A program made the translations under genes and the position numbers. Below, piece by piece: positions 1-11,561 of a DNA stretch of 45,730 nucleotides. The notes beneath the pieces are model-generated. The model made no database searches, was not told the origin of the DNA, and saw nothing but the letters and a program-made list of their open reading frames with translations. Each line of letters begins with the position of its first letter. The first letter of the stretch is position 1. The stretch covers positions 1 to 45,730 of the forward strand of contig JALAGF010001194.1 of assembly GCA_030167865.1 (NCBI GenBank), read 5' to 3'. This DNA is from Craspedostauros australis (Eukaryota).

Positions 1-3000
1 CACCGACGAATGACGTCATTGGCATTCCCTGGTTTCTTTGGTTTCGCGCCATCTGTCAGCACAATTTGGGCATCTGCTCCAACAACGACAGCATGGCCTG
101 CACCATGGTGCTGCTGCTCTTCAGTTGATCCAGTCTCTCCATCCACCAAGATGCACGAGCATATGCGTTCACGCGCGCCAAAAAAAACACGCAGAAACTT
201 ACAGAGAATGCTCTGCCTTGCGTTACTTCACAGGAATGTTGCGCGGGTCGTCAAGGACCTCAGCGGGACGGTTGATCGATCTTGCGATCGTCGGTTGGTG
301 ATGGTGGGTGGAGTTGTTGCGTTGCATCTGCTCTCTTGCTTTGATTGTGTGTCCTCTCAGTTTGGTGTCACTGTCAATGTCGATGTCAGTGGGTATGTGT
401 ATGTGTGTATGTGTGTGAGAGTAAGGGTGTGGGTGCTTTGATGGGGCTGCCTCCTGCAAACCAGACACACAGCCTGGTTTGCGCTTGACAACCTCTCTCC
501 TCGTCGCCTACGCGACGTCTCGTTCATTTTTCTTCTTTCCGCAGTTGCTCGTTCGGCAATCGCATAACTTCCACACCCACAACCACCAACAGAATTGCAC
601 ACACGTGAAGATTCACCAACCAACAACAGCAAACAACAACAGCAAACAGCAACAGGAGACAGCGATAGCAGTAACAACAAGGACCCCTTCGATCCGCACT
701 CACACACTCGACATCAACAACGACAACCACACACAACGGTGACAACCTCCTTCCGTTGATCTCAAAGGTGGAAGAAACTTGCGAGGCAACCAGACAAGCC
801 GACAACACAACACGAAAAACCGCGCAAGAAACAGGGGAACGAACGAGAACGGATACCTCTCCAAACACGAGAGTTCAGAGGGCAATGTTCTGGACCAATG
901 AGAACTGTCGATTCCTTCGTGTGACGAGCTGGCATGAAGGTTCGACGGACGTGTTCTCATGAATGACGATAGTTGACATCGCTCTCTGCGGTGTCTGCGT
1001 GTTTTCGTCTGTGTGCGTTCCTGTTTTTTGTTCTTTCCGTGGAATGTTGATGCGCACAGACATGCTCTGCCAAGATTCCGTCTCATCCTAAGTGAGAACG
1101 TCTCACAACTTCTGACAACCACACAAACAAACAACATCCACCAATCAGATCGAAGACACGTCAAAAAATGAGACAGCGGTGATCAGCTATTTATGGTCAC
1201 AACGGAAGGGAACGTTAAATGGATCTCATTTCAATCGTGTGTAAAGTCATCAGATGTGGTCCACTTGGTCAGTATCGATATTGCATGTTCCACGTGGAAG
1301 CTGTGTCGGCCGCACTTGCGATCACATTTTCTCGCCAACTGCAGCCGAGGGCACAGACACACACAAAGCCACAGACAATGCGATGGGCTGCTGCGCCACG
1401 CATCCGCGAACTTTGTTCCAAAACAGAACAAATGCATCAACGCCGAGATGTCAAAGAATTTTTTGCGATGCTGCCGGCGGCAGTCGGATCTTGGGAACCG
1501 AGCGCAGCAACTCGCTTGGGGGTTATCGTGTTGGTGTTGGCGATCACAACGCTGGTGACGTTGTTGTCCGTGCTGTCTGCGTGTTTGGGTTGCGTGTCAC
1601 CGTTGTCTCCACAATGCGTTTCCCTCTCTGTGTTGCCTGCCTTCGAATCCATTCCTTTTGGCTCCAATCCGCGCCTGTTGTGCGTGTCTGGTGTGGTGAT
1701 GTCTCGTGATGTGTTGCGTTGTGTGGTTGGCTGTTGACATGGGTGTTTCGTTGGCGAATTGATCGGCACATCAGTTGGCTGTGTGGCTGCCGTGTGCATC
1801 CAGATGACAACCACCATCACAAATTGTGAAGCCGACACATCAAGATGTCAGCTTGTGGAGGGAACGGGGCAGTGCAAAGTGATCAGCAACAGAGAGACGG
1901 AAGAGAGAGAGAGAGAAGAAGAAGAAAGACGTGAAGAAATCAGAACAGACATCCAATTGCCGACATGTTCTGATATCTCGTGTTTGTACATTAATATGTA
2001 TGGTACCATGCTCCGTCATCTACTGTACTCGCAGCATGATCATGTGAGATTTGAAGTATTGTCGTGTGAAGAGTAGAGCGATAGCCACGCCCATCGAACG
2101 CAGTATGCCGATCATTGGAGTGTCAGACATCTCTCCAACATCAACGCAGCGTGTGGCACACCAATAGAGGACTCGCAACACCGTCTCTCCAAGCCAAGCC
2201 AAGCCAAGCGAACAGCCTCAATGACATCACATCACGTGGCATGACGGTTTGCGCCAACACAGGGATGAATAGTCCGCTGTTCCCGGCGTGTGGATGGTAA
2301 TGGCACTCCACCGGGCAACTTCGCGGCGCTTTCGATCTTTCTGCTCCGTTGTCTCTCCCTGCTCGCACGCGTACGGGAGACGAGTGTCGAAGCGTGGGAC
2401 CGAAGAACCAACCCCTTCTGTCTGGCCGAGCCCGGCGCTTTTGTGCGCAGCTTTTCATCCATACCGTGTTCCGCTTGGAGCCCTGCTTTCTCTTGATCTG
2501 CCACCACCTCTCTCCATAGATATCCGTCATACTCACAAGTACGAACACTGCCGTGACCATAATTACCTCTCGCGAAAGGCAAAGCAAGATAGTCTCTCCG
2601 GAGAAAGCGAGAGAGAGGGAGGGAGATAAGGAACCGAGTCGACGCGTCCGTGTCATTGTACAAGTTGCATCATAATCCCTCCATGTACAAGCCCGGATGA
2701 TGTCCTTTGCTCCTTCGTCTCGTCCGTCCACATCAAAGCTGGTCTTCGATTTACGCACTCGTCTTGTGTGGAAGCAGAGAAGACGACCCAGCGCGGCGCG
2801 ACAGCCGCGCATGGATACCTGTACGTATACAATGCTGCAACCGTGAAGATCGTGTGTTCGTAAGCAACCCCAGCAACGTCAGAATGAGACCGTGCCCGAG
2901 CACCCTCCCTTGTCTTGTTTTATGCTTCATGAGCTGTGAGTCATCAACACATTCATCTACTGTTCTCCAATCGATGGTACAAAGCATCATCCATTTGTCG

Positions 3001-4804
3001 TCGGATTCCAAGACCTCTGGCGCGAAAACAAAGCGTCGAGATTGTCCATGAAGAACCAGGTGAGCGCCGCTTGGAAAGGTGGCGTTGTCTCATGTTAGCG
3101 CGGTTTTCTCATCGACCTCGTATTGGCGACGAAAGACAGCGCAACACCACGGCTTCGACGGTTCAGCACAACAAGTGTGAACCTCCGTAGACGACTTGGG
3201 TAAATATGCGGTGTTGGCATGCCTACCGTGCTACTCTATACGATATGACGATCACATGTACGAGTAGGATATATGGGTTTGGACGTATCTACTCGTATGT
3301 TGACGCGTGTGAGACTACTCGCCGCTCCAATCGTAACATGCCATCCGCTCTCAAGCGTCGGCGCGAGAGCAGGCACTCTCGACGGAACCTGCATTAGTCG
3401 TTTCGTGTGCCAATCCAAGACCGATGCGTGGACAACACTGTGGGTTCCACGTTCAGCAGGGCTCGGAAGAGGTGGTGTCGGGTTGGGACATGCAACCTGC
3501 AAGATCATCTTTGCGGTTGTTGTGTGGTGTTGTGCTGATGCAAGCGCGCGCAGGTTTGTCGATTCGTTCTAAAATCCGTCCATCCGCTCATCATCCAATC
3601 AATCCTCTGTCCGTGTGTTGGCGCTTCGGCTCTCCGTGTTTGTCGATCCAAAATGTCGACGGTCTTCTTCGCAACCACAAAAGACAAAATGACCTGTTGT
3701 GAATGTGCACGGTAATTTCATATTGACAAACTCGTCCGCTCCCAATGTGCAGTACCTGAGTGTCCATAGTAGGCATGTGCAAGTGATGGCGCTTCGCATT
3801 ATCAGGGCTCAGCTCTAATCGTGTCGTGTGCACACACTGAAGTCGACATGCGAATACACTCTAACCATGATAGAGCGCGCTTGTATTCCACCCTCCGAAC
3901 GCCTCTTTCTCATTTGTTGTTGACGGTGACATGATCGAAACCGAACTTGCGAAAGGTCTTCACGAACAGCTTATCGGTCTTGGTTTGCGCTCCCTCGTGG
4001 TTATTTGTTGGATATGTCGTGCATTTCGCAAAACGGAGAGGAACTGAGGCCACACAATTTGCTCCAAACAATGAGCAATCACCGCCTCCGATCACAAGAG
4101 CGAGAATGCACACAATCGTGCGCCGTCTCGCTCTGTTGGTTTCAGCATGTAGTTCCCATCTCTCTGGTGAGGGGATGCCCACCACTCACCCACACCGATC
4201 CACGCTCAGCGACACCCATTCGCTGACCACACCAGCAAACACCGTCAACCAGACGCAGCGAATGGCAAAGCGAAAATGCATAGCAAGCGACACAGACGTC
4301 AAGACATGCCAGTAATGTCTGACGAAGCGCACCGTTCGAGCAACACCAACTCCTCGTACCTCCGACGAACGGCTCCAAAGCGGAACGAGTGAACCATTTT
4401 CGATGGCAGTGCTTGGCAGCATAGTTGTTCTCGCAGGTCAGAGTGTCCAAAAGTCCGCCGCGCCTAACACGAACAACACCCGCTTTGTCGACGCAGCAAC
4501 GCGTCCACTCCATTCCGACTGACTCTCCCATCACTATCTCCCCCATAAAAAAGCAAAGGACCATCTCGCATGCAAACAACACAATTCATCCGTTTCTCGC
4601 TTCATCTACGCGTTCATACAAGCAGACATTCGCACCGTACATTCGAAGCCTGATCAGCTAGCTGCGAGCGCTTCACGACGCCATACCAAGCCATATCATA
4701 TCAAGCCGCGCCACACCATCCCAGCTCATCCACCAAAATACTCATAATCGCAGAAGACCGACCATCCAAACGTCTCCCGATCATCACACTTTCTCCATTC
4801 CACC

Positions 4805-5521
4805 ATGAGCAGTCATCGATGCCCAGCCGAATTCCTGTGCGCTCTCACAGGATTCATCATGACGGACCCCGTCATGACCTCCCAAGGCATTCACTTCGAG
4901 CGAGCTGCGATCCTCACATGGCTCGGCGCCATCAACGCTCCTGCCGCCTCCGAGCATGGCGCATGCAACGCGAAACAAGGCAACCAAGACAACAAGGCAA
5001 GTCGGTGGGCAGGCCGTTTGTGCCCGATCACTTTGTTGCCGCTCCTCGAGAATGACCTGCGGCGGGACGAAGGTCTCAGACAGCAGATCGAGATGTGGCA
5101 TCGCACCCAAGCATCGACGAACAATGCCACGTCCGATGACAGTCTCGATTCAAGACATCAGCAGCAGCGACAGCGACAGCAACAACAGCAAACCCATCAG
5201 GCAATGTTGCTCAAGCCGATGGCTGCTGGCAGATCGCCATCGGACACTTCATCCATCGTGGATTCCAACCAAGCCACTGCCAAGCTCCGACAAGTTCAGG
5301 ACAGGATGTCGATGATCGAGCAGGACTCCTTGGAGTATCTGCCACCAACCAACCCAAACGACAGAGGCCATCCTGGCATGCTCAACATGCACACGATCTC
5401 GCTGCTTGAAAGCCGAGGCTTTTTGGACGGTTCATCGGACTACAGGATTTCATCGCTACAGACTCTGCACATCCTCGATGATGTGGCTGCAATTTTGGAT
5501 CAACCTCTGATCCTCGATTGA
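4805..5521 (+). CDS. U-box domain protein (putative E3 ubiquitin ligase), 238 aa
   Basis: N-terminal U-box signature P-x-EFLCALTGFIMTDPV...G-x-x-FERAAILTWL...CPIT...L...LRQQIEMW. caccATG start context after a C/A-rich leader; poly-Q tract downstream of the domain. Confidence 0.85.
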   Translation: MSSHRCPAEFLCALTGFIMTDPVMTSQGIHFERAAILTWLGAINAPAASEHGACNAKQGNQDNKASRWAGRLCPITLLPLLENDLRRDEGLRQQIEMWHRTQASTNNATSDDSLDSRHQQQRQRQQQQQTHQAMLLKPMAAGRSPSDTSSIVDSNQATAKLRQVQDRMSMIEQDSLEYLPPTNPNDRGHPGMLNMHTISLLESRGFLDGSSDYRISSLQTLHILDDVAAILDQPLILD

Positions 5522-5945
5522 TGAAGTCGCGTCACGCTTCCGCAGTTCGGTTCGAGGGCATCCAACCGCTCATCCATTTATCTACTCTAGTCGTTCTATT
5601 CTATATTTATCGGAAGTATGGCAGCATGTTAGTACTCGTAACATGGTGGTGTATATCTGCGCAACACGATTGCAACTTCTGCTGCAATGGCGGGCTCGTG
5701 ATGTCTCTCCGACTCCTCCATCCAATTCCGTGAGAACCATAATTGGGGTAGCTCGTAGGAGATACTCTTGCATGGAGCGAGAGGCTACAAGATTGTATTA
5801 TACGAGCAATGCCACGGTATCTTAACTAAAACTCATAACCACAGCCGACCACACGTTGACCTTACGCACGAACAACCAATAAAGCATCACCATGCGAGTA
5901 GAATTAGCCGCCTACTCCCTCTTTGTCTTCGTAGTCGTGACTCTG

Positions 5946-8330
5946 TTACGGGCCATCCGGTTCCGTTGCGTCTGGTATTCCCGTCACGGGCGTATCAATG
6001 CCAAAGTAGCGTGCCGCGAGCTGCAACGCCAGGAAACGCGAATAGTGCCGGCTCTGTGCCAGATTACCACCTTGGAACCAAAGGCCATCCACATTGGTCG
6101 GCTTCCACATGTTCCGCAACTCGCCCTGCCACGGCCCGGGGTCCTTGTGAGGCCGTCTGCCCCAGCCTAGCCCCCACGTGCGTCCGACAGATTTGGCGAC
6201 ATCGTTGCCGCAGATCTCTGCCACCCACTGATCCAGCGTGTCGTAGCCAGTGGCGAAGACGATGACGTCCGCAGGGATTGACTTCGTTTCATGTTCGCGT
6301 TCACTGTTGCTGCTGCTGTTGCTGCCGCTGCTGCTGCTGTTGCTGTCGCTGGTACCACCATCTTCTTCACCTACCGCATCGGCAGAATCGACGGCAACGA
6401 CAACTTCTTCCTCGCCGATGGAATGGACCGTGCCATGGACGATCTGGATTTCACCATCCGTGACGAGCTCGGCGGCGCCCATGTTGATGTAAAAGCCACC
6501 CCCTTCGGTCGCGCTCTTGGCGAACAGACCCGTCCCATCAGGACCGAAGTCTAGCCTGTATCCAGCCGCGATCAGTCCATCGTGCAGTTCCTTGTCCAGC
6601 TCCCTCATTTGATTCGTGACGGCCGTCCATCGTGTGAGGAGCTGCTTGAACGGCACGGTGGTGGCAACCAGATCGGCATCTTCGTGATCCAAGGGCGGGT
6701 GCTCGTTGTACAGCGGTCCCAATCCGTGCTTCAACACGGCGTCGGTAGACACGATCAGCGACGGCGATCGCTGTATCATCGTCACGGATTCGGCACCCTG
6801 CTCCCACACATCCTGGCAGATATCCAACGCGGAGTTGTTAGCGCCCACGACAACGACCCGCTTGCCCTTGAAGCGCTTGCCACCAACGTACTTGGACGAA
6901 TGCAGCATGGTTCCGCGGAAGGTATCGGCCCCTGGGAAGCTGGGCGTGCGTGGATGCGACGAATTGCCCGTTGCAAAGACTACGTGTCGCGCTCGCAACG
7001 TGCTGCGGACGCTGCCTGGCAAGGGACGGTTGTCCTCGTCGACTGGGCGAGTTTCGATCGCGATTTCCCATACGGGAGCTGCGTCATCGCCAGCTGCGCC
7101 GTTGGTGCCATCATCAGTACCTGGGACTTGGGTCGCCGACACCACCTTCGTGTTTGTTCGCACGTTGATGTCCATGGTCTTGGCGTACTGCTCCATCCAA
7201 TCGGCGATCTTATCTCTGGGGCAAAAGATGGGCCACGAGGGTGGAAATGGCATGTACGGCATGTGATTGTACCACACCGGGTCATGAAGATGCAGGCTGG
7301 GGTATCGCCGACGCCATGCGGCGCCTGGCTTGTCAGCCGCCTCCAAGACCGCGTAGTCAACACCCAGCAGCTCCAAGCGAGCGCCGAGCCCCAGCCCGCC
7401 CTGACCGCCACCAATGACGACCACGAAATGGTCCAGACCGTCGTTGTTCTTGAGATCGTTCTGAACAGCGACGCCATCTGAAGCGCTTGTTGATGTTGCG
7501 GAACTTTTCGCCGACACCTTGCCATTGCGCCGCCGATCCGGCCAATAAACTCGATCCGGCATGGGACCATGGATCGCACCGCGGATCCTGTGATCGCGAA
7601 CTCGAAACGGATGATCGTTGAGATCCATCAGCACGGTCAGCAATCGCTGGGCCTTCCATCCATCGTTGTTGGCATTGCCCGTCAACGGCTTTTCGAGACG
7701 AACAAAGGCCTTGCCCGTGCCAACGCTCGTCGTCAGATCGCACCACACGTCGATGGATGCAATTGCAAGTCCGTTCTTGGCGTTCGACGTGCCTTGTGCT
7801 CGCGCTACTGCCGTTGCTGCTGGCGCTGTTGCTGTTATTGTATCGACTGCGTACTTCGGTGGTAAAGGCGACGCAGCGGCTTCCAACATGAAATCCGCCG
7901 GCATGGACGGGGATGTCATCAGCTGCGAGATCGATGCCTTGCCTTCCATCGTGACGATATTCCACGAGCAAGCCACCATGTCTCTCCAGAAGGGAGTTTC
8001 GTGCGAGATGAACAGGTCGTCCACCATCTCGCTTATTTCATCGCTGTCGCCCACATTTCCTTTCCTTTTCGCCTTGACTTTGGCCGTCGCAGCTGTGAAT
8101 CGATTGATCCAATCGTCCACAACCTCGTTCACCGCTTCGGATGAGATTTGTGCGGATGCCGATTCCGCTGCTGCTGTGCTGCTGGAGGCAAGTGATGTCC
8201 TGTGATGCGTCGCTGCGCTGCTGACATGTGATGATGGCGCAAACGCTTTGCATCGCTGTTGCAGCACAAGTAGACACAGCACAGCGAGCAGCGTCTGCAG
8301 CCACATCCTGTCTCCGCACTTCCTCCTCAT
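5946..8330 (-). CDS. Flavin-containing monooxygenase (class B, type II FMO-like with N-terminal extension), predicted plastid-targeted
   Basis: FAD motif VIGGGQGG, then WRRRYPSLHLH, FMO fingerprint FRGTMLHSSKY, second nucleotide motif VVGANNSA and ATGY. C-terminal DPGPWQGELRNMWKPT...GGNLAQSRHYS; N-extension motif FWRDMVACSWNIVTMEG. Signal peptide ends CKA|FAP. First ATG at 8330, alternative ATG at 8306. Intronless. Confidence 0.9.
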   Translation of the reverse strand: MRRKCGDRMWLQTLLAVLCLLVLQQRCKAFAPSSHVSSAATHHRTSLASSSTAAAESASAQISSEAVNEVVDDWINRFTAATAKVKAKRKGNVGDSDEISEMVDDLFISHETPFWRDMVACSWNIVTMEGKASISQLMTSPSMPADFMLEAAASPLPPKYAVDTITATAPAATAVARAQGTSNAKNGLAIASIDVWCDLTTSVGTGKAFVRLEKPLTGNANNDGWKAQRLLTVLMDLNDHPFRVRDHRIRGAIHGPMPDRVYWPDRRRNGKVSAKSSATSTSASDGVAVQNDLKNNDGLDHFVVVIGGGQGGLGLGARLELLGVDYAVLEAADKPGAAWRRRYPSLHLHDPVWYNHMPYMPFPPSWPIFCPRDKIADWMEQYAKTMDINVRTNTKVVSATQVPGTDDGTNGAAGDDAAPVWEIAIETRPVDEDNRPLPGSVRSTLRARHVVFATGNSSHPRTPSFPGADTFRGTMLHSSKYVGGKRFKGKRVVVVGANNSALDICQDVWEQGAESVTMIQRSPSLIVSTDAVLKHGLGPLYNEHPPLDHEDADLVATTVPFKQLLTRWTAVTNQMRELDKELHDGLIAAGYRLDFGPDGTGLFAKSATEGGGFYINMGAAELVTDGEIQIVHGTVHSIGEEEVVVAVDSADAVGEEDGGTSDSNSSSSGSNSSSNSEREHETKSIPADVIVFATGYDTLDQWVAEICGNDVAKSVGRTWGLGWGRRPHKDPGPWQGELRNMWKPTNVDGLWFQGGNLAQSRHYSRFLALQLAARYFGIDTPVTGIPDATEPDGP

Positions 8331-9029
8331 CACCGCAGCAGATCAGCGTCGCGTCGCGTCACGGTAGCTTCAATGCAGGTGCTGGCAGCAGCATGGAAGG
8401 TGGTCGGAGGCAGGATTGTGCGGAGCCTTGGTATTGGTATTGGTGCAAGCCCAGACACCACCTTCTGCTTTGGTGTTTTGTGGTGTTTGGATCTTGTCAT
8501 GGGGGTTCGGAACCAATCACCACAACGTGTCCAGATACCTTGGAATGATGTAAATCAGTCCTGTTTCCAAGATGTTGGTCACGATTCTGTAGTCTATCTT
8601 TAATGGAAGTCTATGTCGAAACGTCTTTCGCTCTGTGTCCGTTGTTTGGTTCTGGACGTTGCAACGGACGATTGTTCAAGTCTACGCTACGTGCATCACT
8701 CTAGAGAGTCCACAGTCCAGCAGAGTAGGGTGATGGGTATGAACAAGTATGAGCCCGCTATTATCTCATGTACGTACTCTACCACTAATGCATCGTATGA
8801 AGTTGTGTCTTGATTTCCTGTGCTTCTCTTCATCCGCCCAACACACGCTCATGGATGTGCGTGTGTTGATCCTGTTGTTGATGCTGGTGCCACGAGAGTT
8901 GCAGATCCTGTAGCCCAACAGCAAATGAAATGAAATGAAAATGGATAGGGTGATGATCTGCGCATCTACCAAAATGGGGCGACCACGAGCGTCGCTGCAT
9001 GCAAGAGCAAGTCACGCAGTTTGAAGTAT

Positions 9030-11561
9030 TCATCGTGCGCTCATGGCGATCGATTTGTTCTTGTGGGCGTTGTACTGATGCGACTTCACGCCCAGTGCGA
9101 CGCCCTTCTGGCCAAAGTCGTACTCCATCCGGATGGGCGACACGACGCGGCAGTCGGGGCACAGGATGTACTTGGCATCATCGAGCGACATCAGCTCGAG
9201 GTTGCAGGCGAAGCAGCTGGTGGGCATCACGTTGCCTGTTGTCATCGCCCTGTACATTTCGTCGGCGGGTCGGAGCGGTTCCATCACGCCGGGTGCCACT
9301 TCGATGGAAGGGATGGGCGCCAACGCTGTCGCCGTTGTTGTCGTTGTTGCCGACGTCGTCGCAGTTGCACTCGCTGTTCGCTGTGGCTGGATGGACCTCG
9401 ATGGCGGTGTCAGCGATCGCGTTGCGCTTGGGCGCGGGCTGACCGTTCGTTGCCGTTGCTGTATCGCAACTATGCTAGGCATGCGGCGGTCATGGACGTT
9501 GCAGCTGTTGGAGCGTCTCCTTCTCTGCGGCATCGGCGATGTAGGGGCGCTTGTGGTTGGCCCCGAAATCAAGTCGTCCTGAATGCTGGGCGTGCGACAA
9601 GCGCCCACTGTCGTTCGCGGTCTGGATCGCGGTGAGATGATTCGTTCCGTCGCTCTCATCGTGGCTGTTCTGGTGCCAGCGACGTCGCTGCCGGAGTTGA
9701 CACTGTCGGCCACGGAGCCGTCCGTGTTCGAACTTTCGTCGCGCGCATTGCCTGTGACATGGGTTTGTTGGCGATTGGCAATCTGCATGCTCCTGCGCAC
9801 GGATGCAGGTGGCAGGATCCGCTCGGTGATAACGCGGCCCGTGTCTTCTGATCCAAAGCTCGACGGGGAATGTACCAGTCGGCGCTTTTGGGAAAGGGAT
9901 GGCGTTTGCCGGGCAATGAGTGGACGGTAGACGCTGGGGGCCTCAATACCGGCATACAACGAATGGCGGCGTGGTGCGGTGAGGTTTTCGACTTCCACAG
10001 TCTCGTGATGTTGCGGGGCAGTGTGCATTTGATGCAGATTCGGAGCCACTGACGGAAGTGGGGATCGTGGCGGCAGTGACATGGTCGGTTTGGACTTGTT
10101 GCTGGTTGGAGTGGACGGTTCCGAACCCGTGGGAGAGGGCATCGGTTTCCCTGAAGATCGCTGTTGATTCGAGGCTGGCCGTCCCTGTGAATGCGCCTGC
10201 GAATGTGACGATGATGCTGACGCAGACGTTGCTGAAAGCGCTTCTGCTGGGCTTGAATGATCCACAAGATATTCGTCTTCGGCCACCAGTGTTCTATCAG
10301 TCTCGTCAGTATATCCGGCATCCGGACCATCGTAATCATCCGCATCGTGCGCAAACACGGACTCCTCGCAGATGCGATCAGATCCGGAGGACGTTTCTGA
10401 GTCGCGATGCGCAACGCGCCCGCCTCTGCCAGGATACTCCTGCTGCCGCTGCTGTTGCGGACGAGAGCGATGGAATTGCACCGGTTGCTCGTTGCCACTA
10501 TCCGTGTGTTGTTTGAACGGAGCGCGCGTTGTTGTGGTGTGAGCATTGCGCATGCTGTTAACGTCATGGCGCTTGATTGGGGAGATGGGCACTAACTCGG
10601 AGTGATTGGACATGGAGACGTGCCTCTCTTTGAGCGCCGCATCTTCATGCAGCAGGCTCGTTGAGAAGAAGGGGCGCGACATGGCCTCAAAGAGCGAGAG
10701 CTGCGCTTCCGTCGCATCGAACTGGTCACTCTGGTTGTGATGCTGCTGCTGCGAGTGATGGTTGTGGTTGTCCTGTTGTTGTTCCTCCTCATCATCATCT
10801 TCACGAACGGGCAGCACCCTGCTATGGTGGCTCGTGGCGATATCGACGGCGTACCTTTGTGGTTGCCCTCCGGTTCTGAGAGCGCCGCTGCGCGTTGAGC
10901 TCGTCCTGTAAGATCGACGGCTGCCGTTGCCCTCTTCGTTCACATTGCGACGGCCGCCATGGGTGGATTCCCACCCGATGGAACCGAACAGAGCGACTGT
11001 GTTGATGCTCTGCGTACCGATGCTGTGATTCGACACCTGGCGTCGGAAAGCAGGCCGCTCGGTGGCGTACATGGGAGGGAAGTTCACGGGATCTTCAACC
11101 TCCATGGCACGCTCCATGAAGGTTCTGTTTTCGGTTGAGAAGATGATGGGAGTTGTGATCTCGCTCACGTCTCCCAGACTGGTGCCGCTGTAGCATCGCC
11201 GCATGGTCGTCTGCTCTGCCTCATCGTCGTTGGTGCTGTACTGCTCTTCGTACTGAATCATTGTGGGGACGAAGTTGATATCATCGACGGATCTGCTGTG
11301 GTTCCTGCTTTTCTGACGTCGTCGGTGAAGCTGTGATCGCTTCTTGGAATGCTGCTGCTTCTGCTGCGATTGCGGCTGCTGCTGCTGCGACTGCTGCTTG
11401 TTCCGATTGCCGTTTGGAAAGGCGCCCAGGATCATGTTGCGAAAGCGAGCCTTCGTTGTACCGCCGCCGTTCTTCTTCATCTTTGGTGACCGTTGTGGCT
11501 GCGATTGAGGCTGTTGCCGAAGTTGTGGGGATGGCAATGATGTGGGTTGGGAATGCATCAT
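9030..11561 (-). CDS. 843-aa mostly disordered protein with C-terminal CxxC...CPxC zinc-ribbon domain
   Basis: Long uninterrupted ORF rich in Q/S/P/R. C-terminal globular segment IEVAPGVMEPLRPADE...CFAC-x14-CPDC...GVALGV. C/A-rich leader upstream on the minus strand. Confidence 0.8.
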   Translation of the reverse strand: MMHSQPTSLPSPQLRQQPQSQPQRSPKMKKNGGGTTKARFRNMILGAFPNGNRNKQQSQQQQPQSQQKQQHSKKRSQLHRRRQKSRNHSRSVDDINFVPTMIQYEEQYSTNDDEAEQTTMRRCYSGTSLGDVSEITTPIIFSTENRTFMERAMEVEDPVNFPPMYATERPAFRRQVSNHSIGTQSINTVALFGSIGWESTHGGRRNVNEEGNGSRRSYRTSSTRSGALRTGGQPQRYAVDIATSHHSRVLPVREDDDEEEQQQDNHNHHSQQQHHNQSDQFDATEAQLSLFEAMSRPFFSTSLLHEDAALKERHVSMSNHSELVPISPIKRHDVNSMRNAHTTTTRAPFKQHTDSGNEQPVQFHRSRPQQQRQQEYPGRGGRVAHRDSETSSGSDRICEESVFAHDADDYDGPDAGYTDETDRTLVAEDEYLVDHSSPAEALSATSASASSSHSQAHSQGRPASNQQRSSGKPMPSPTGSEPSTPTSNKSKPTMSLPPRSPLPSVAPNLHQMHTAPQHHETVEVENLTAPRRHSLYAGIEAPSVYRPLIARQTPSLSQKRRLVHSPSSFGSEDTGRVITERILPPASVRRSMQIANRQQTHVTGNARDESSNTDGSVADSVNSGSDVAGTRTATMRATERIISPRSRPRTTVGACRTPSIQDDLISGPTTSAPTSPMPQRRRRSNSCNVHDRRMPSIVAIQQRQRTVSPRPSATRSLTPPSRSIQPQRTASATATTSATTTTTATALAPIPSIEVAPGVMEPLRPADEMYRAMTTGNVMPTSCFACNLELMSLDDAKYILCPDCRVVSPIRMEYDFGQKGVALGVKSHQYNAHKNKSIAMSAR

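Noticed and set aside
6582-7481. Long antisense and alternative-frame ORFs over GC-rich genes (also 26834-27832, 35101-36015, 37448-38299)
   Set aside because: These are shadow ORFs produced by GC3 codon bias in the real genes on the opposite strand.
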